A stretch of 64,000 bases of DNA from Candidatus Altimarinota bacterium (GCA_044228405.1 JBGAUX010000001.1:21414-85413); one strand, 5' to 3'; positions 9,228-18,752 are shown, numbered from the stretch's first letter. Notes: generated by a model from the sequence alone, not told the origin. A program made the numbers and translations.

Positions 9228-10111
9228 TATATAATTTGGTAATCTTTCAATAATTGCTCCAGTTTTTGACGATTTTCGGGTCGCATTTCGCAAAGTGGTA
9301 AACGGAAAATTTCCTTGCACTTACCCAACATAGCCATAGCTGTTTTAATTGGCAAAGGATTTGTTTCAATAAAAATGTCGTTAAAAAGACGCAGATTTTT
9401 ATAATGAATTAAACGGGCCTCTGCAAGATTTTGCTCTTTAATCAATTGTAGCATTTGCACTATTTGTTGAGGCACCAAATGTGAAGCCACAGAAATAACG
9501 CCATCTCCACCCAAGCAACTTAGCGCAAAAGTTAGCGAGTCATCACCGCACAAAACAGTAAAATCGTCCGGAGTATTTTGAATAACCTCCATCATTTGGC
9601 TAATATTGCCCGAAGCCTCTTTTACACCAACTATATTGGGCAACTTAGCAAGGCGCACCAAAGTTTCAGTTGAAATATTTACGCCTGTACGCCCTTGAAT
9701 ATTATAAACGATGATTGGTATGCCAATTTTGCTTAGCTCTTCGTAGTGACGATATATGCCCTCTTGTGTAGGTTTATTGTAGTATGGGCAAACTACCAAT
9801 GCGCCATCTGCCCCGTTTGTGTGAGCATCGGTAGTCAATTCAACGGCTTCAGCCAACGAATTACTGCCAGTTCCAGCAATAACAGGTACGCGGCCAGCCA
9901 CTTGTTGAACCACAAATTTCACAATTTCCTTGTTTTCGCTATGAGAAACCGTAGGCGATTCGCCAGTTGTTCCACAAGGCACTAAGCCGTTTATACCAGC
10001 CGATATTTGATCTTCTATAATTTTACCCAAGGCCTCATAGTCCACACTTTTTCCGTCGCTGGTAAATGGTGTAATGATTGCAGTTAAAACTCCAGTAAAT
10101 TTTTTAGACAT
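9227..10111 (-). CDS. dapA: 4-hydroxy-tetrahydrodipicolinate synthase
   Basis: Motifs TAIITPF, GLVPCGTTGESPTVS and the catalytic-Lys region VGVKEASGN. Length is 294 aa. Confidence 0.95.
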   Translation of the reverse strand: MSKKFTGVLTAIITPFTSDGKSVDYEALGKIIEDQISAGINGLVPCGTTGESPTVSHSENKEIVKFVVQQVAGRVPVIAGTGSNSLAEAVELTTDAHTNGADGALVVCPYYNKPTQEGIYRHYEELSKIGIPIIVYNIQGRTGVNISTETLVRLAKLPNIVGVKEASGNISQMMEVIQNTPDDFTVLCGDDSLTFALSCLGGDGVISVASHLVPQQIVQMLQLIKEQNLAEARLIHYKNLRLFNDIFIETNPLPIKTAMAMLGKCKEIFRLPLCEMRPENRQKLEQLLKDYQII

Positions 10112-10113
10112 AT

Positions 10114-10881
10114 TTATTGATTGAGGTGATTAATTATTTTTGAAAATATTTTAGCAAAATCATAAAACCCAGTTTCATCTTTTAACCACTCACTAGCCAT
10201 AATTGCGCCTATTGCAAAGCCCTCTCTACTACGCGCGGTGTGACTAATTTCAATAGTATCAAACGCAGAGTCGAAAAAAACTTTGTGCGTTCCAGGCACA
10301 TAACCACCGCGCGTAGAGGTTACATGTAACTCGTTTTCGGCAATTGGCCTATCCAAAGTTTGGGTAATCACTTTTTCCTTTTTCGGATAATTGGCAAGAA
10401 TTTTATGTGCGGTAGTTAGCGCAGTGCCCGAAGGGCTGTCCTTTTTTCTTTTGTGATGAAACTCATGCATAAAAACATCATAATCTTTTTGATTAGCCAA
10501 CAAGCTAGAAGCTTGCTCTAGAACTTGCCAAAACAAGTTTACTCCCACAGAAAAATTAGAACCCCACATAAAACCAATACCAGCTTTTTCAACTATTTTC
10601 CTAGCCTTCTCCAAATGCTCATACCAGCCAGTTGTTGCCATAACTAAAGGTTTTTGCAACCTGCAAGCCTGCTTAATATTTTCCAATACTGTTTCGGGAG
10701 ACGAAAAATCAATTAACACATCAAATTTATCAGCGTCTTTTAAACTTAAATGCGCCAAATTTTTATAGTCTGCATTTTCGTAAGCATGATCAATAATTAC
10801 ACCAATTTCATGACCTCTATTTACGGCATTTTCTGCAACTAGTTCACCCATAACACCATGTCCTACAATTCCAATTTTCAT
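10114..10881 (-). CDS. dapB: 4-hydroxy-tetrahydrodipicolinate reductase
   Basis: N-terminal Rossmann motif MKIGIVGHGVMG and the signature EFHHKRKKDSPSGTA. Confidence 0.9.
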   Translation of the reverse strand: MKIGIVGHGVMGELVAENAVNRGHEIGVIIDHAYENADYKNLAHLSLKDADKFDVLIDFSSPETVLENIKQACRLQKPLVMATTGWYEHLEKARKIVEKAGIGFMWGSNFSVGVNLFWQVLEQASSLLANQKDYDVFMHEFHHKRKKDSPSGTALTTAHKILANYPKKEKVITQTLDRPIAENELHVTSTRGGYVPGTHKVFFDSAFDTIEISHTARSREGFAIGAIMASEWLKDETGFYDFAKIFSKIINHLNQ

Positions 10882-10890
10882 AGCAAAGAA

Positions 10891-11892
10891 TTAAATAAAT
10901 AATTGAGCAATCTGCACAGCATTTAAAGCCGCGCCCTTTAATAACTGATCTCCACAGATAAAAAACTCCAATCCGTTTTCACCAAATACTAAATTTTGTC
11001 TTATTCTGCCAACCTCAACATCAAACTCAGTAGAAGCATTCAGCGGCATGGGATAAACATTATGAGCAGGATTATCCACCAATTTTACACCAGGTGCTTG
11101 GCTTAAAATCCTCATAGCATCATCTCTGTTTATCGGCTTTTCTGTTTCAATAACAATACTTTCGCTATGCGCTCTCAAAGTGGGAATTCGCACCGCTGTA
11201 CAAGAAATTTTAATCGAATTGTCGTTAAATATTTTTTGCGTTTCCCAGGTTACTTTCATTTCTTCTTTCGTATAAAAATTGTCCTGAAATTTGTCAATTT
11301 GCGGAATTAAATTAAAAGGGATGGGATGAACAAAAACATGATTTTCGGCCTCTTCACCGTCTAAAACTCTTTGAGTTTCCTCCACTAATTCTTGCATGCC
11401 TTCTGCACCGGCGCCCGAAGTTGCCTGATAAGTGCTTACAATAACTTTTTTTAATCCAAACTCCTTATGTAATGGATATAGCACAACAGCCGCAATTGCT
11501 GTTGTACAATTAGGATTTGCAATGATTCCTTGATGATTTTTCGCCTCGTGAGCATTCACTTCTGGCACAATTAAAGGCACATCTTCGTCGTATCTAAAAG
11601 CAGAAGAATTATCGATCATCAAGCAATTTGAAGCCACCACTCTATCTTTCCACTCCTTACTAAAGTCGCCACTTACCGCAAAAAGCGCAATATCACTCTC
11701 TTCAAAAATCTTTTCACTAATAGCTTCAATAGTAATGTCACCAAAAGGAGTTGAAACAACTTTGCCAACAGATCTTTCCGACGCAACTAAACGAAGACGC
11801 TCAACAGGAAAATTTAGCTGATGCAAGCAGTTAATCATCTCCATACCCACAGCTCCTGTAGCACCCACTATAACAATATTTTTTGCAGACAT
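10891..11892 (-). CDS. asd: Aspartate-semialdehyde dehydrogenase
   Basis: Motifs IVGATGAVG, active-site IANPNCTT, and STYQATSGAG. Confidence 0.95.
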   Translation of the reverse strand: MSAKNIVIVGATGAVGMEMINCLHQLNFPVERLRLVASERSVGKVVSTPFGDITIEAISEKIFEESDIALFAVSGDFSKEWKDRVVASNCLMIDNSSAFRYDEDVPLIVPEVNAHEAKNHQGIIANPNCTTAIAAVVLYPLHKEFGLKKVIVSTYQATSGAGAEGMQELVEETQRVLDGEEAENHVFVHPIPFNLIPQIDKFQDNFYTKEEMKVTWETQKIFNDNSIKISCTAVRIPTLRAHSESIVIETEKPINRDDAMRILSQAPGVKLVDNPAHNVYPMPLNASTEFDVEVGRIRQNLVFGENGLEFFICGDQLLKGAALNAVQIAQLFI

Positions 11893-11909
11893 AATAATAA
11901 ATTAAATTT

Positions 11910-13247
11910 TTAAAACAGCTCTTTGTGTAGAGCGCGAGTAATTTGTAAACAGTCTTTTTCGTCTACAATAAGGGTTAAATTGATGTTTGAATACCCAAAT
12001 GAAATCATGTGAATCGTAAATTTTGAAATTACATGAAAAACTTTTGATAAAAATCCAGCATCACTGCACATATTTGTGCCCACCAAGCACACCTTCGCTT
12101 GGCCAGAAGTTACATTCACAGTAGAAAAAGCACTTAACTCTTGTAGAACGCTTTTAGGAATCGCACCATTTACACTAATAGAAATAGTGACTTCTGAAGT
12201 GGTTATAACATCTATAGAAACTCCGTGTTTACTAAAAATTGAAGACACCCGATTAACAAAACCAAATTCATCCAACATATTATCGGAGCAAATATAAACA
12301 ACATTAACACCTTTAGTAATTGTCACCCCTTTTAAGCCATTTTTTTGAGTTTTATTTATCACCGTACCTTTGGCCAAAGGGTTAAAAGTGTTCTTAACCA
12401 CTACATCAATATTTTCTTTAACAGCCGGATGTATGGTTTTAGGATGAAGAACTTTTGCTCCCGAATAAGCCAGTTCCGCCGCTTCTTGAAAAGAAATTTG
12501 TTGCCATAATTTAGTGTTTTCCACATCTCTAGGGTTGGCAGTTAAAATTCCATCCACATCAGTCCATATTTCTACACTTTTTGCGCCAAGCAAAATGCCT
12601 GCAATAGAAGCCGAATAATCCGACCCTCCACGTCCCAAAGTGGTAGTATTCCCATCTTTGTCGGCACCTATATAACCTGTTAGTACAGGCACACCACCAG
12701 CTTGTAAAAAAGGGATAATCTTGCGTTTATACGAAGTTTTGCTTGTCTTAAAATCAACATTAGCCGATCCAAAATCACTATCTGTGCGCAAAATTTCTCG
12801 CGTATCAAATCGCTCCGCTTTCACCTTCATTGAGTCAAAAACAAAAACCAAAAGATAGCTGGAAAGTCTTTCTCCAAAAGAACTTAAATTGTCTAAACTC
12901 CTCGGTGAAAGCTCTTTTAACATTGCAATTCCCTGCAGCAAAAGCTCAATTTCTACAAATAGAGGCTCCATGTTTTTAGCCCAAAAAGTTTTCACTTTAG
13001 GCTGGACGCCAAAGCCCAACAACAATTCTTCATGTTTTTTCCTAATCGTTAAAATGCTTTTTTCAACCTTCGCAGTATGACCTTTTAAGGCATCTTGGGC
13101 ACTATTTATAAAAGAATCAGTTACGCCACTCATGGCCGAAACCACTACTACAGGCTTATTTTTAAGATTCTGCTTAACTATATTCGCTACGTTTTTAATG
13201 CTTTCTCGGCTTCCCATAGAAGTCCCTCCAAATTTCATTACTATCAT
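11910..13247 (-). CDS. lysC: Aspartate kinase with C-terminal ACT domains
   Basis: Motifs MKFGGTSMG, GRGGSDYSA and AKVLHPKT. The C-terminal third looks like ACT domains. Confidence 0.9.
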   Translation of the reverse strand: MIVMKFGGTSMGSRESIKNVANIVKQNLKNKPVVVVSAMSGVTDSFINSAQDALKGHTAKVEKSILTIRKKHEELLLGFGVQPKVKTFWAKNMEPLFVEIELLLQGIAMLKELSPRSLDNLSSFGERLSSYLLVFVFDSMKVKAERFDTREILRTDSDFGSANVDFKTSKTSYKRKIIPFLQAGGVPVLTGYIGADKDGNTTTLGRGGSDYSASIAGILLGAKSVEIWTDVDGILTANPRDVENTKLWQQISFQEAAELAYSGAKVLHPKTIHPAVKENIDVVVKNTFNPLAKGTVINKTQKNGLKGVTITKGVNVVYICSDNMLDEFGFVNRVSSIFSKHGVSIDVITTSEVTISISVNGAIPKSVLQELSAFSTVNVTSGQAKVCLVGTNMCSDAGFLSKVFHVISKFTIHMISFGYSNINLTLIVDEKDCLQITRALHKELF

Positions 13248-13261
13248 ATATACAAGTTAAT

Positions 13262-13338
13262 AAACAAAAACTCCCCGTAAGTGCGGAGAGTGTAGGTTTT
13301 TCTAGCGTCTAACAAAAACTACCTCTCCGCTTGGGGAG
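13262..13338 (-). terminator. Long imperfect hairpin (stem 13271-13338) followed by a U-tract on the minus strand, 15 nt upstream of the lysC start; intrinsic terminator or attenuator
   Basis: The minus-strand RNA reads CUCCCCAAGCGGAGAGGUAG...CUACACUCUCCGCACUUACGGGGAG followed by UUUUUGUUU. The outer pair is CUCCCC/GGGGAG, and the inner pairs are GCGGAGAG/CUCUCCGC and GUAG/CUAC. Confidence 0.55.
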
Positions 13339-13397
13339 CTTGCTTGGCAGCCTTCTTAGAATTGATATTAAAAACCATAATCGAAAAAATTTACTTT

Positions 13398-13425
13398 ATT
13401 GTAATTTATCCAATTTGTTTGTCAA
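13398..13425 (-). promoter_or_regulatory. Candidate sigma70-type promoter TTGACA-16-TACAAT reading toward lysC
   Basis: On the minus strand, TTGACA is the complement of 13420-13425 and TACAAT is the complement of 13398-13403, with a 16-nt spacer. Hexamer matches in AT-rich DNA can arise by chance. Confidence 0.4.
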
Positions 13426-13430
13426 ACAAA

Positions 13431-14753
13431 TTAAGAAGCTAAATAGCTTTCTACAGCTTGCGACAATCTGGCATAAGTGTCTGTGCGGCGTGCTTCGTCA
13501 CGGTCTAAAGTGGTTAATCTAAAGCCGTAATATGGGCTAAAAAAGCCACTTGCCGGCACTACACAAATTCCTGTTGATGCTAACAAATAGTATGTAAACC
13601 GCTTATCCAAAGGGAAATTTGGCTTATTAACTTCATTTTCTATGTATGCACGCGCTTTTTCATTAGCAATTGGCAAGGTTTGATTTTCGTTTAATACACC
13701 TTCTTCAAAAAGAGGCATCATATAAAACGCACCCTGTGTAGGATTCACTTTTAAGCCTTTAGTTTTACTCAAAACACCAGCAATGTGAGACGCATTTTTA
13801 GCTAATTCTGCATTATATTTTTTGCTCCATTCGTCAAAATCTGGATGATCATAAATTTTAGGAACAATAAATTGAGCCATACTCACTGCACAAACCTCAA
13901 GCAACACGCGTTTTTTTACAGACTCGCAATAATTCAAATATTCTTCGTCTAATTGAGTATTATGAAATTCAAGCCAACCACCTCTGCCACCAGGCCACGG
14001 AACATCTTTCGAAGTACCTCGCATTACAATTAAAGGTACGCGATTATGCGCAATTTCAGTAATTTGATCACAAGGTTCACCGCTTAAAATCATTCTAAAA
14101 TAAACCTCGTCAGAAATAATCATTAGTTTATATTTTTCAGCCAACTGCACTATCGCCTCCAAAGTTTCAGCACTATAAACCGCTCCGGTTGGGTTATTTG
14201 GGTTAATTACCAAAATACCAACAACACCGGGATTAGCCTTAATTTGCTCTTCCATATGCGCAATATCAGGTTGCCAAGCATTATTTGGGTCCAGTTTATA
14301 AGTGATTGGATCAGCCCCTGCAGCAAAAGATTCCATTGATGCATGAGTTGGATAAGAAGGTGTAGGTTGAAGAATGCGAGACCCTTTTGGCAGCATATGG
14401 TATAGGGCGGAAATTGCCGCACCCAAGCCGTTAGTAAACAACACATATTCGTAATCCAAATTTGAAGATGGAGAAAATTTCTTTGAGTAGTCAGTTATCC
14501 ATTTTCGAGTTTCTGGTAAGCCACGAGAGTGCGAGTAACCAAAAACAGCATCACCCTGTTTATTAGTTTCTTCAACAATTAAGTCCTTTAAAAACTGAGG
14601 CACAGGCCAACCTTTAGGCACTGGGTCACCAATATTTTCTCCCACAAATTTAAAATCAGGATCAAGCTCTTTAAGTTTTTGAGCAACATCAACAATTTCG
14701 CGGATACCATATTTCATTAAAGAAACTTGGGGATTAAATAACTGAGTGCGCAT
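13431..14753 (-). CDS. PLP-dependent aminotransferase, class I/II (AlaA-like)
   Basis: 440 aa. It has a SKDVPWPGGRGGW PLP-lysine region and INPNNPTG. Overall it resembles alanine/glutamate-pyruvate type transaminases. Confidence 0.8.
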   Translation of the reverse strand: MRTQLFNPQVSLMKYGIREIVDVAQKLKELDPDFKFVGENIGDPVPKGWPVPQFLKDLIVEETNKQGDAVFGYSHSRGLPETRKWITDYSKKFSPSSNLDYEYVLFTNGLGAAISALYHMLPKGSRILQPTPSYPTHASMESFAAGADPITYKLDPNNAWQPDIAHMEEQIKANPGVVGILVINPNNPTGAVYSAETLEAIVQLAEKYKLMIISDEVYFRMILSGEPCDQITEIAHNRVPLIVMRGTSKDVPWPGGRGGWLEFHNTQLDEEYLNYCESVKKRVLLEVCAVSMAQFIVPKIYDHPDFDEWSKKYNAELAKNASHIAGVLSKTKGLKVNPTQGAFYMMPLFEEGVLNENQTLPIANEKARAYIENEVNKPNFPLDKRFTYYLLASTGICVVPASGFFSPYYGFRLTTLDRDEARRTDTYARLSQAVESYLAS

Positions 14754-14762
14754 AAAATTTGG

Positions 14763-17114
14763 TTAGTTGGATTTAAGAAATTCTTTTTTGATTAGTCGAC
14801 CTCCACAAAAGCGCAGTACTAAGGCCAAAGCCTCTTCAAAGGCTTGTTGTACATATTCATCATCACTTTGAGAATTGCCATCAACCTGCAGTAATAAATG
14901 AGTAGTCGAATCTGTAATTTTAGTTAACAAGCTGTCTCGGTGATTAAAATCACGAGCTATCACCGTATCATTTTTATCGCTGTAAATAAGTTCACCCTCA
15001 TCAAGTATTTTTTCTTTTTCATCTGCCATGTCGAGAAATTTTTCACCTTTATTTGCAAACTTTAAAGCGACAGGTAAAGCCAATTTAGACATATCAAAAG
15101 CTCCAAAGGGCAACTGATATTTAATGGAAATTAAATTGTATATATCTACTAAAGTATTCACATTATAAAGGTCCTTCCCATTGGCAATGCGATCAATTAG
15201 GGCTACAGAGCTAGGTTTTCTTTTGCTCGGGTCAACACCAAAAGCCTTGTACATTGCTTTAAATTCCGCAGAAATTGGTGAATTCTTCTTTAAATCTTCA
15301 GCATCAATTTCAGCCAAAATTTCCTGCTTAATTTTTTCTAATTCAGCATCATTTTTAACAATTTTAACATCTTCAATTTCGGCCCACATTACTTTTATAG
15401 CGGGAAATTTTTCTAAAACATCGGCTTTAATTTCACATAAATCACCTTTCACATCTTCAATTACAACTTTTTCCCTTTCAGGTAAATTGGCAACTTCGGT
15501 AAATCTATCAATAACAAACTTTTGATCCAACGCATCCAAAAACCAACCAGCTTGAGGACCGGAATCTTTGCCTATTAAAGCGGCATAAATGGCCATAAAA
15601 CCTTCTCGAGCTTGTAATGTTGAAGCTTTTCTTAGTTCATGAATTTTGCCGTGTAACTCCTCACCACTTAGATTTTGACTAGTCAAAACTTGAGCAATTT
15701 CATTTAAAAAATTCTTTTGCTCTGATGATAAATCGTAGGCGCAATCAGGAATTTCTTCATGTACAGCAAATTTATAGGATTCAGGTGCATACTCGGTAAG
15801 CCAAAGTTTTACATAGTGAAGGCGTTTTTCGAGCTCGGCTTTGTCGGCCTCTGTTAAGGCAGAACCCTTAAGTTTTTCCACTTCCGCTTCAATATTTAAA
15901 TGAGGCATTTGCACCAAAAAGACTAGCCTCGAAAAACGCGGCCTATAAACATCTTTAAGGTTTTGGGTAGTCAACTGTGAAAAGTGAAATGCCCTTTGAA
16001 AATCAGGAATAATATTATCAACAAGTTCAAAATAATGGTCTGCACACTCATCATAACGGTCAAATAATCTCGGAATTGTATCTCCTTCCGGGTTGAATTC
16101 AATTGGTTGCAGAGGTTTATTTCGTATCATCAAAAACCTCATTAATTCAGCGGGTAGTATGCGATTTATTGCTCTAGCGCTCGCACCTTCTCCTTTTGAA
16201 GAACTCATTTTTGCGCCACCCAAAAGAAAAAATTCGTAAGCTAAGTTGTATGGAACCGAAGTTTTTAAAACTTCAGAACAAATTTTTTCACCAACATCGT
16301 GCGAACCTCCTGCTGCGCAATGATCTTTGCCAGCACCTTCAATGTCAACTTGGTAACCGGCCCATTTTACCGGCCATTCAACTTTCCATGGCAGTTTTGC
16401 CTTACCTTTAAAGGGTGAAATTTTACCGGTATTACCGCATCCTGTAGCCCAAGTTACCATATTTGGCATACAAGTATAGCTCACCTCTTTTCCGTCCCAA
16501 TCTGTCACTTTTGTTGTACCAACCTTGCCACAATTTTCACAAATAACCTGACAAGGATGCCAATCTGCGTCTTTAATAGACCCACTCACATCTTTATAAA
16601 TTTTACGAATATCCTCTTCGTGGTTCATAACAATTTCAATCCATTTATCATACATCCCTTCGTAATACCTTTCACTAGCCAAGCTATATTCAACTTTAAA
16701 ACCCAGCCCATCAATAACATTTGCAAATTCATTGCCAAAATATTCAGCAAAGTTTTTCGGCTCACCATATTTTTTTGCTAAAATTTCAGTAGATTCTTTT
16801 TCAAAAAGTTTGTCGTTACTTGCATTCGGCACAGGCACATTCATCAGCGGTTTGCCCATATGCTCCTCAAAAACAGCTTTATCCAAATAAATTGGCAGGC
16901 CATCCATAGGGTCAAAATCATTGAATTCAAAAATGAATTTTGAATCATAACCCTTTTCTTGAAGCGCTTGATTTACCATGGCATGCAAAACCACACCTCT
17001 TAAAGAGCCAACATGTACGCGCCCAGAAAGTGTTTTTTCATCACGCAAAATAAAACTTTTTTTCCCAGGGAAAAGCTTTTCAATTTCTTCTACTACCTCA
17101 TCAACCCAAAACAT
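14763..17114 (-). CDS. lysK: Lysine--tRNA ligase, class I, fused to a C-terminal B3/4-like domain
   Basis: Class I LysRS motifs: SGRVHVGSLRG (HIGH-like) and GGAKMSSSKG (KMSKS-like). At 783 aa it is long for a class I LysRS. The last ~225 aa (14766-15440) carry B3_4-family motifs: NTLVDIYNLISIKYQLPFGAFD and GELIYSDKNDTVIARDFNHRDS. Confidence 0.9.
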   Translation of the reverse strand: MFWVDEVVEEIEKLFPGKKSFILRDEKTLSGRVHVGSLRGVVLHAMVNQALQEKGYDSKFIFEFNDFDPMDGLPIYLDKAVFEEHMGKPLMNVPVPNASNDKLFEKESTEILAKKYGEPKNFAEYFGNEFANVIDGLGFKVEYSLASERYYEGMYDKWIEIVMNHEEDIRKIYKDVSGSIKDADWHPCQVICENCGKVGTTKVTDWDGKEVSYTCMPNMVTWATGCGNTGKISPFKGKAKLPWKVEWPVKWAGYQVDIEGAGKDHCAAGGSHDVGEKICSEVLKTSVPYNLAYEFFLLGGAKMSSSKGEGASARAINRILPAELMRFLMIRNKPLQPIEFNPEGDTIPRLFDRYDECADHYFELVDNIIPDFQRAFHFSQLTTQNLKDVYRPRFSRLVFLVQMPHLNIEAEVEKLKGSALTEADKAELEKRLHYVKLWLTEYAPESYKFAVHEEIPDCAYDLSSEQKNFLNEIAQVLTSQNLSGEELHGKIHELRKASTLQAREGFMAIYAALIGKDSGPQAGWFLDALDQKFVIDRFTEVANLPEREKVVIEDVKGDLCEIKADVLEKFPAIKVMWAEIEDVKIVKNDAELEKIKQEILAEIDAEDLKKNSPISAEFKAMYKAFGVDPSKRKPSSVALIDRIANGKDLYNVNTLVDIYNLISIKYQLPFGAFDMSKLALPVALKFANKGEKFLDMADEKEKILDEGELIYSDKNDTVIARDFNHRDSLLTKITDSTTHLLLQVDGNSQSDDEYVQQAFEEALALVLRFCGGRLIKKEFLKSN

Positions 17115-17174
17115 ATTTTAAAATTAATACTCGCAAATTATAGATTGCTTAGTTTTGCTATGCAATGATGAATA

Positions 17175-18551
17175 TTATTCCATATCAAAATTTGGAGAGC
17201 TTTCCGATCCACGCTGTCTTTCTATAGTTACAAAGCGCATTTGCTCCTTTTTAAATGCCAATTCCACTCTACCAATTGGCCCATTACGATGCTTTTTAAT
17301 AAAAATGTCGGTAATACCTGCTCTTTGCGAATCCTCTTCATAATAGTCTTCACGGTACATCATCATAACCACATCCGCATCCTGCTCAATCGCTCCAGAT
17401 TCACGCAAATCAGATAGTTGGGGGATTTTACTTGGTCTTTGCTCAACCGAACGAGACAGCTGAGAAAGCGCCACAATCGGAATTCTAAGCTCACGCGCTA
17501 GCCCTTTTAATGAACGGGAAATCTCCGAAATTTCCTGTACTCTATTACCCAAATTACTTGTACCACTCTTTCCACTGGTCATCAATTGAAGGTAATCAAT
17601 AAACAAAACATCTAAGCCGTGCTCCATTTGTAGTCTGCGCGCCTTAGCTCTTAATTCCACAATCGAATTTCCAACCGAGTCATCAATAAAAATTTTCATT
17701 GAATTAAGGTCATCCATTACGGCACCAATACGAGCAAAATCGGAGTCGTTTAATTTACCTGTTCTCATTTTCCACGAATCAACACCCAATAGAGAACAAA
17801 ACATTCTTTCCACAAGCTGTTCCTTGGACATTTCCAAAGAAATGATTCCTACAGAACTGGTTTTTTTAGCAATATTCTGCGCCATATTTAGTGCTAAAGC
17901 AGTTTTACCCATAGATGGACGAGCCGCTACAATAACTAAATCTGCGGGTTGCAAGCCAGAAAGTAGGTTGTCCAAATCGGCAAATCCGGTTGGCAAACCA
18001 CGATATTTTTCTTTCGCCTCAGGATCATGCAAATCAGAAATTTTCTCATAAGTTTGATTAAGCACCTCTCTAATATGCACAAATTTATCGCTCAAAAATG
18101 TTTGAGAAACATTAAAAAGTGCCTTTTCAGCTTTTTCTAAAAGTGAATCAATTTCTTCTACTTCATTAAAACCGTGAGCTTTAATTTCGTCGCCAGCCTT
18201 GATTAATTTTCTTAAAGTAGATTTTTGTTTAACAATCGAAGCGTATTGAAAAATGTGAGTTGAAGTGGGCACAGCGCCAGTTAACTCCACCAAATAAGAA
18301 GCTCCGCCAATTCTATCTAGCTCATTTTTGTCCTCGAGAATATTGGTTATTGTAACCAAATCTATAGGGCTACGCTTTTCGTACAAAGTTAAAATCGCTT
18401 TATATAAAGTAGCGTGATTTTCATGATAAAAGTCATCTGGGCTAAGCAAATCTGCAACTTTTATGATCGATTCCTTGTCGATGAGTAAAGAGCCTAATGT
18501 AGATTTTTCTGCCTCTAAGCTGTGTGGGGCAACATGTGTGAACTCCGCCAT
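17175..18551 (-). CDS. dnaB: Replicative DNA helicase
   Basis: Motifs PHSLEAEKSTLGSLL, Walker A ARPSMGKTA, and LSQLSR. The ORF track starts at 18596, but the internal ATG at 18551 (MAEFTHVAP) fits the DnaB N-terminus better. Confidence 0.93.
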   Translation of the reverse strand: MAEFTHVAPHSLEAEKSTLGSLLIDKESIIKVADLLSPDDFYHENHATLYKAILTLYEKRSPIDLVTITNILEDKNELDRIGGASYLVELTGAVPTSTHIFQYASIVKQKSTLRKLIKAGDEIKAHGFNEVEEIDSLLEKAEKALFNVSQTFLSDKFVHIREVLNQTYEKISDLHDPEAKEKYRGLPTGFADLDNLLSGLQPADLVIVAARPSMGKTALALNMAQNIAKKTSSVGIISLEMSKEQLVERMFCSLLGVDSWKMRTGKLNDSDFARIGAVMDDLNSMKIFIDDSVGNSIVELRAKARRLQMEHGLDVLFIDYLQLMTSGKSGTSNLGNRVQEISEISRSLKGLARELRIPIVALSQLSRSVEQRPSKIPQLSDLRESGAIEQDADVVMMMYREDYYEEDSQRAGITDIFIKKHRNGPIGRVELAFKKEQMRFVTIERQRGSESSPNFDME

Positions 18552-18752
18552 AAATAAAGATTTTAGATTGGGATTATAGACCTCGATATTAAGCAATGCA
18601 AGTTGAAGAAATGGGCTAAGGGCTGGCTATTTGGGCAAAAAAATGGTAAAATAAGGGGATTAATTTTATTTATGAAAACCAAAAACATTACAGTTTGTTT
18701 AAGAAATTTTAATGTAACTAGGGTTATATGGTTTCAGTCAAAAGGAGGCAGT

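Noticed and set aside
9228-9320. N-terminal 31-aa extension of lysA given by the ORF track
   Set aside because: It overlaps the 3' end of dapA. The ATG at 9227 gives a typical-length LysA with TAATG stop/start coupling.
13248-13430. Lysine riboswitch (L-box) or T-box upstream of lysC
   Set aside because: The leader available after the putative promoter is only ~130 nt and consists mostly of one long hairpin. I could not find L-box core motifs or a T-box specifier and T-box sequence. I kept it only as a generic attenuator candidate.
18597-18752. Possible replication origin at the strand switch next to dnaB
   Set aside because: Genes diverge here, but strand orientation is mixed again from 22 kb onward. 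I found no cluster of DnaA boxes. The only perfect TTATCCACA I noticed lies inside ymdB coding sequence, around 36324.
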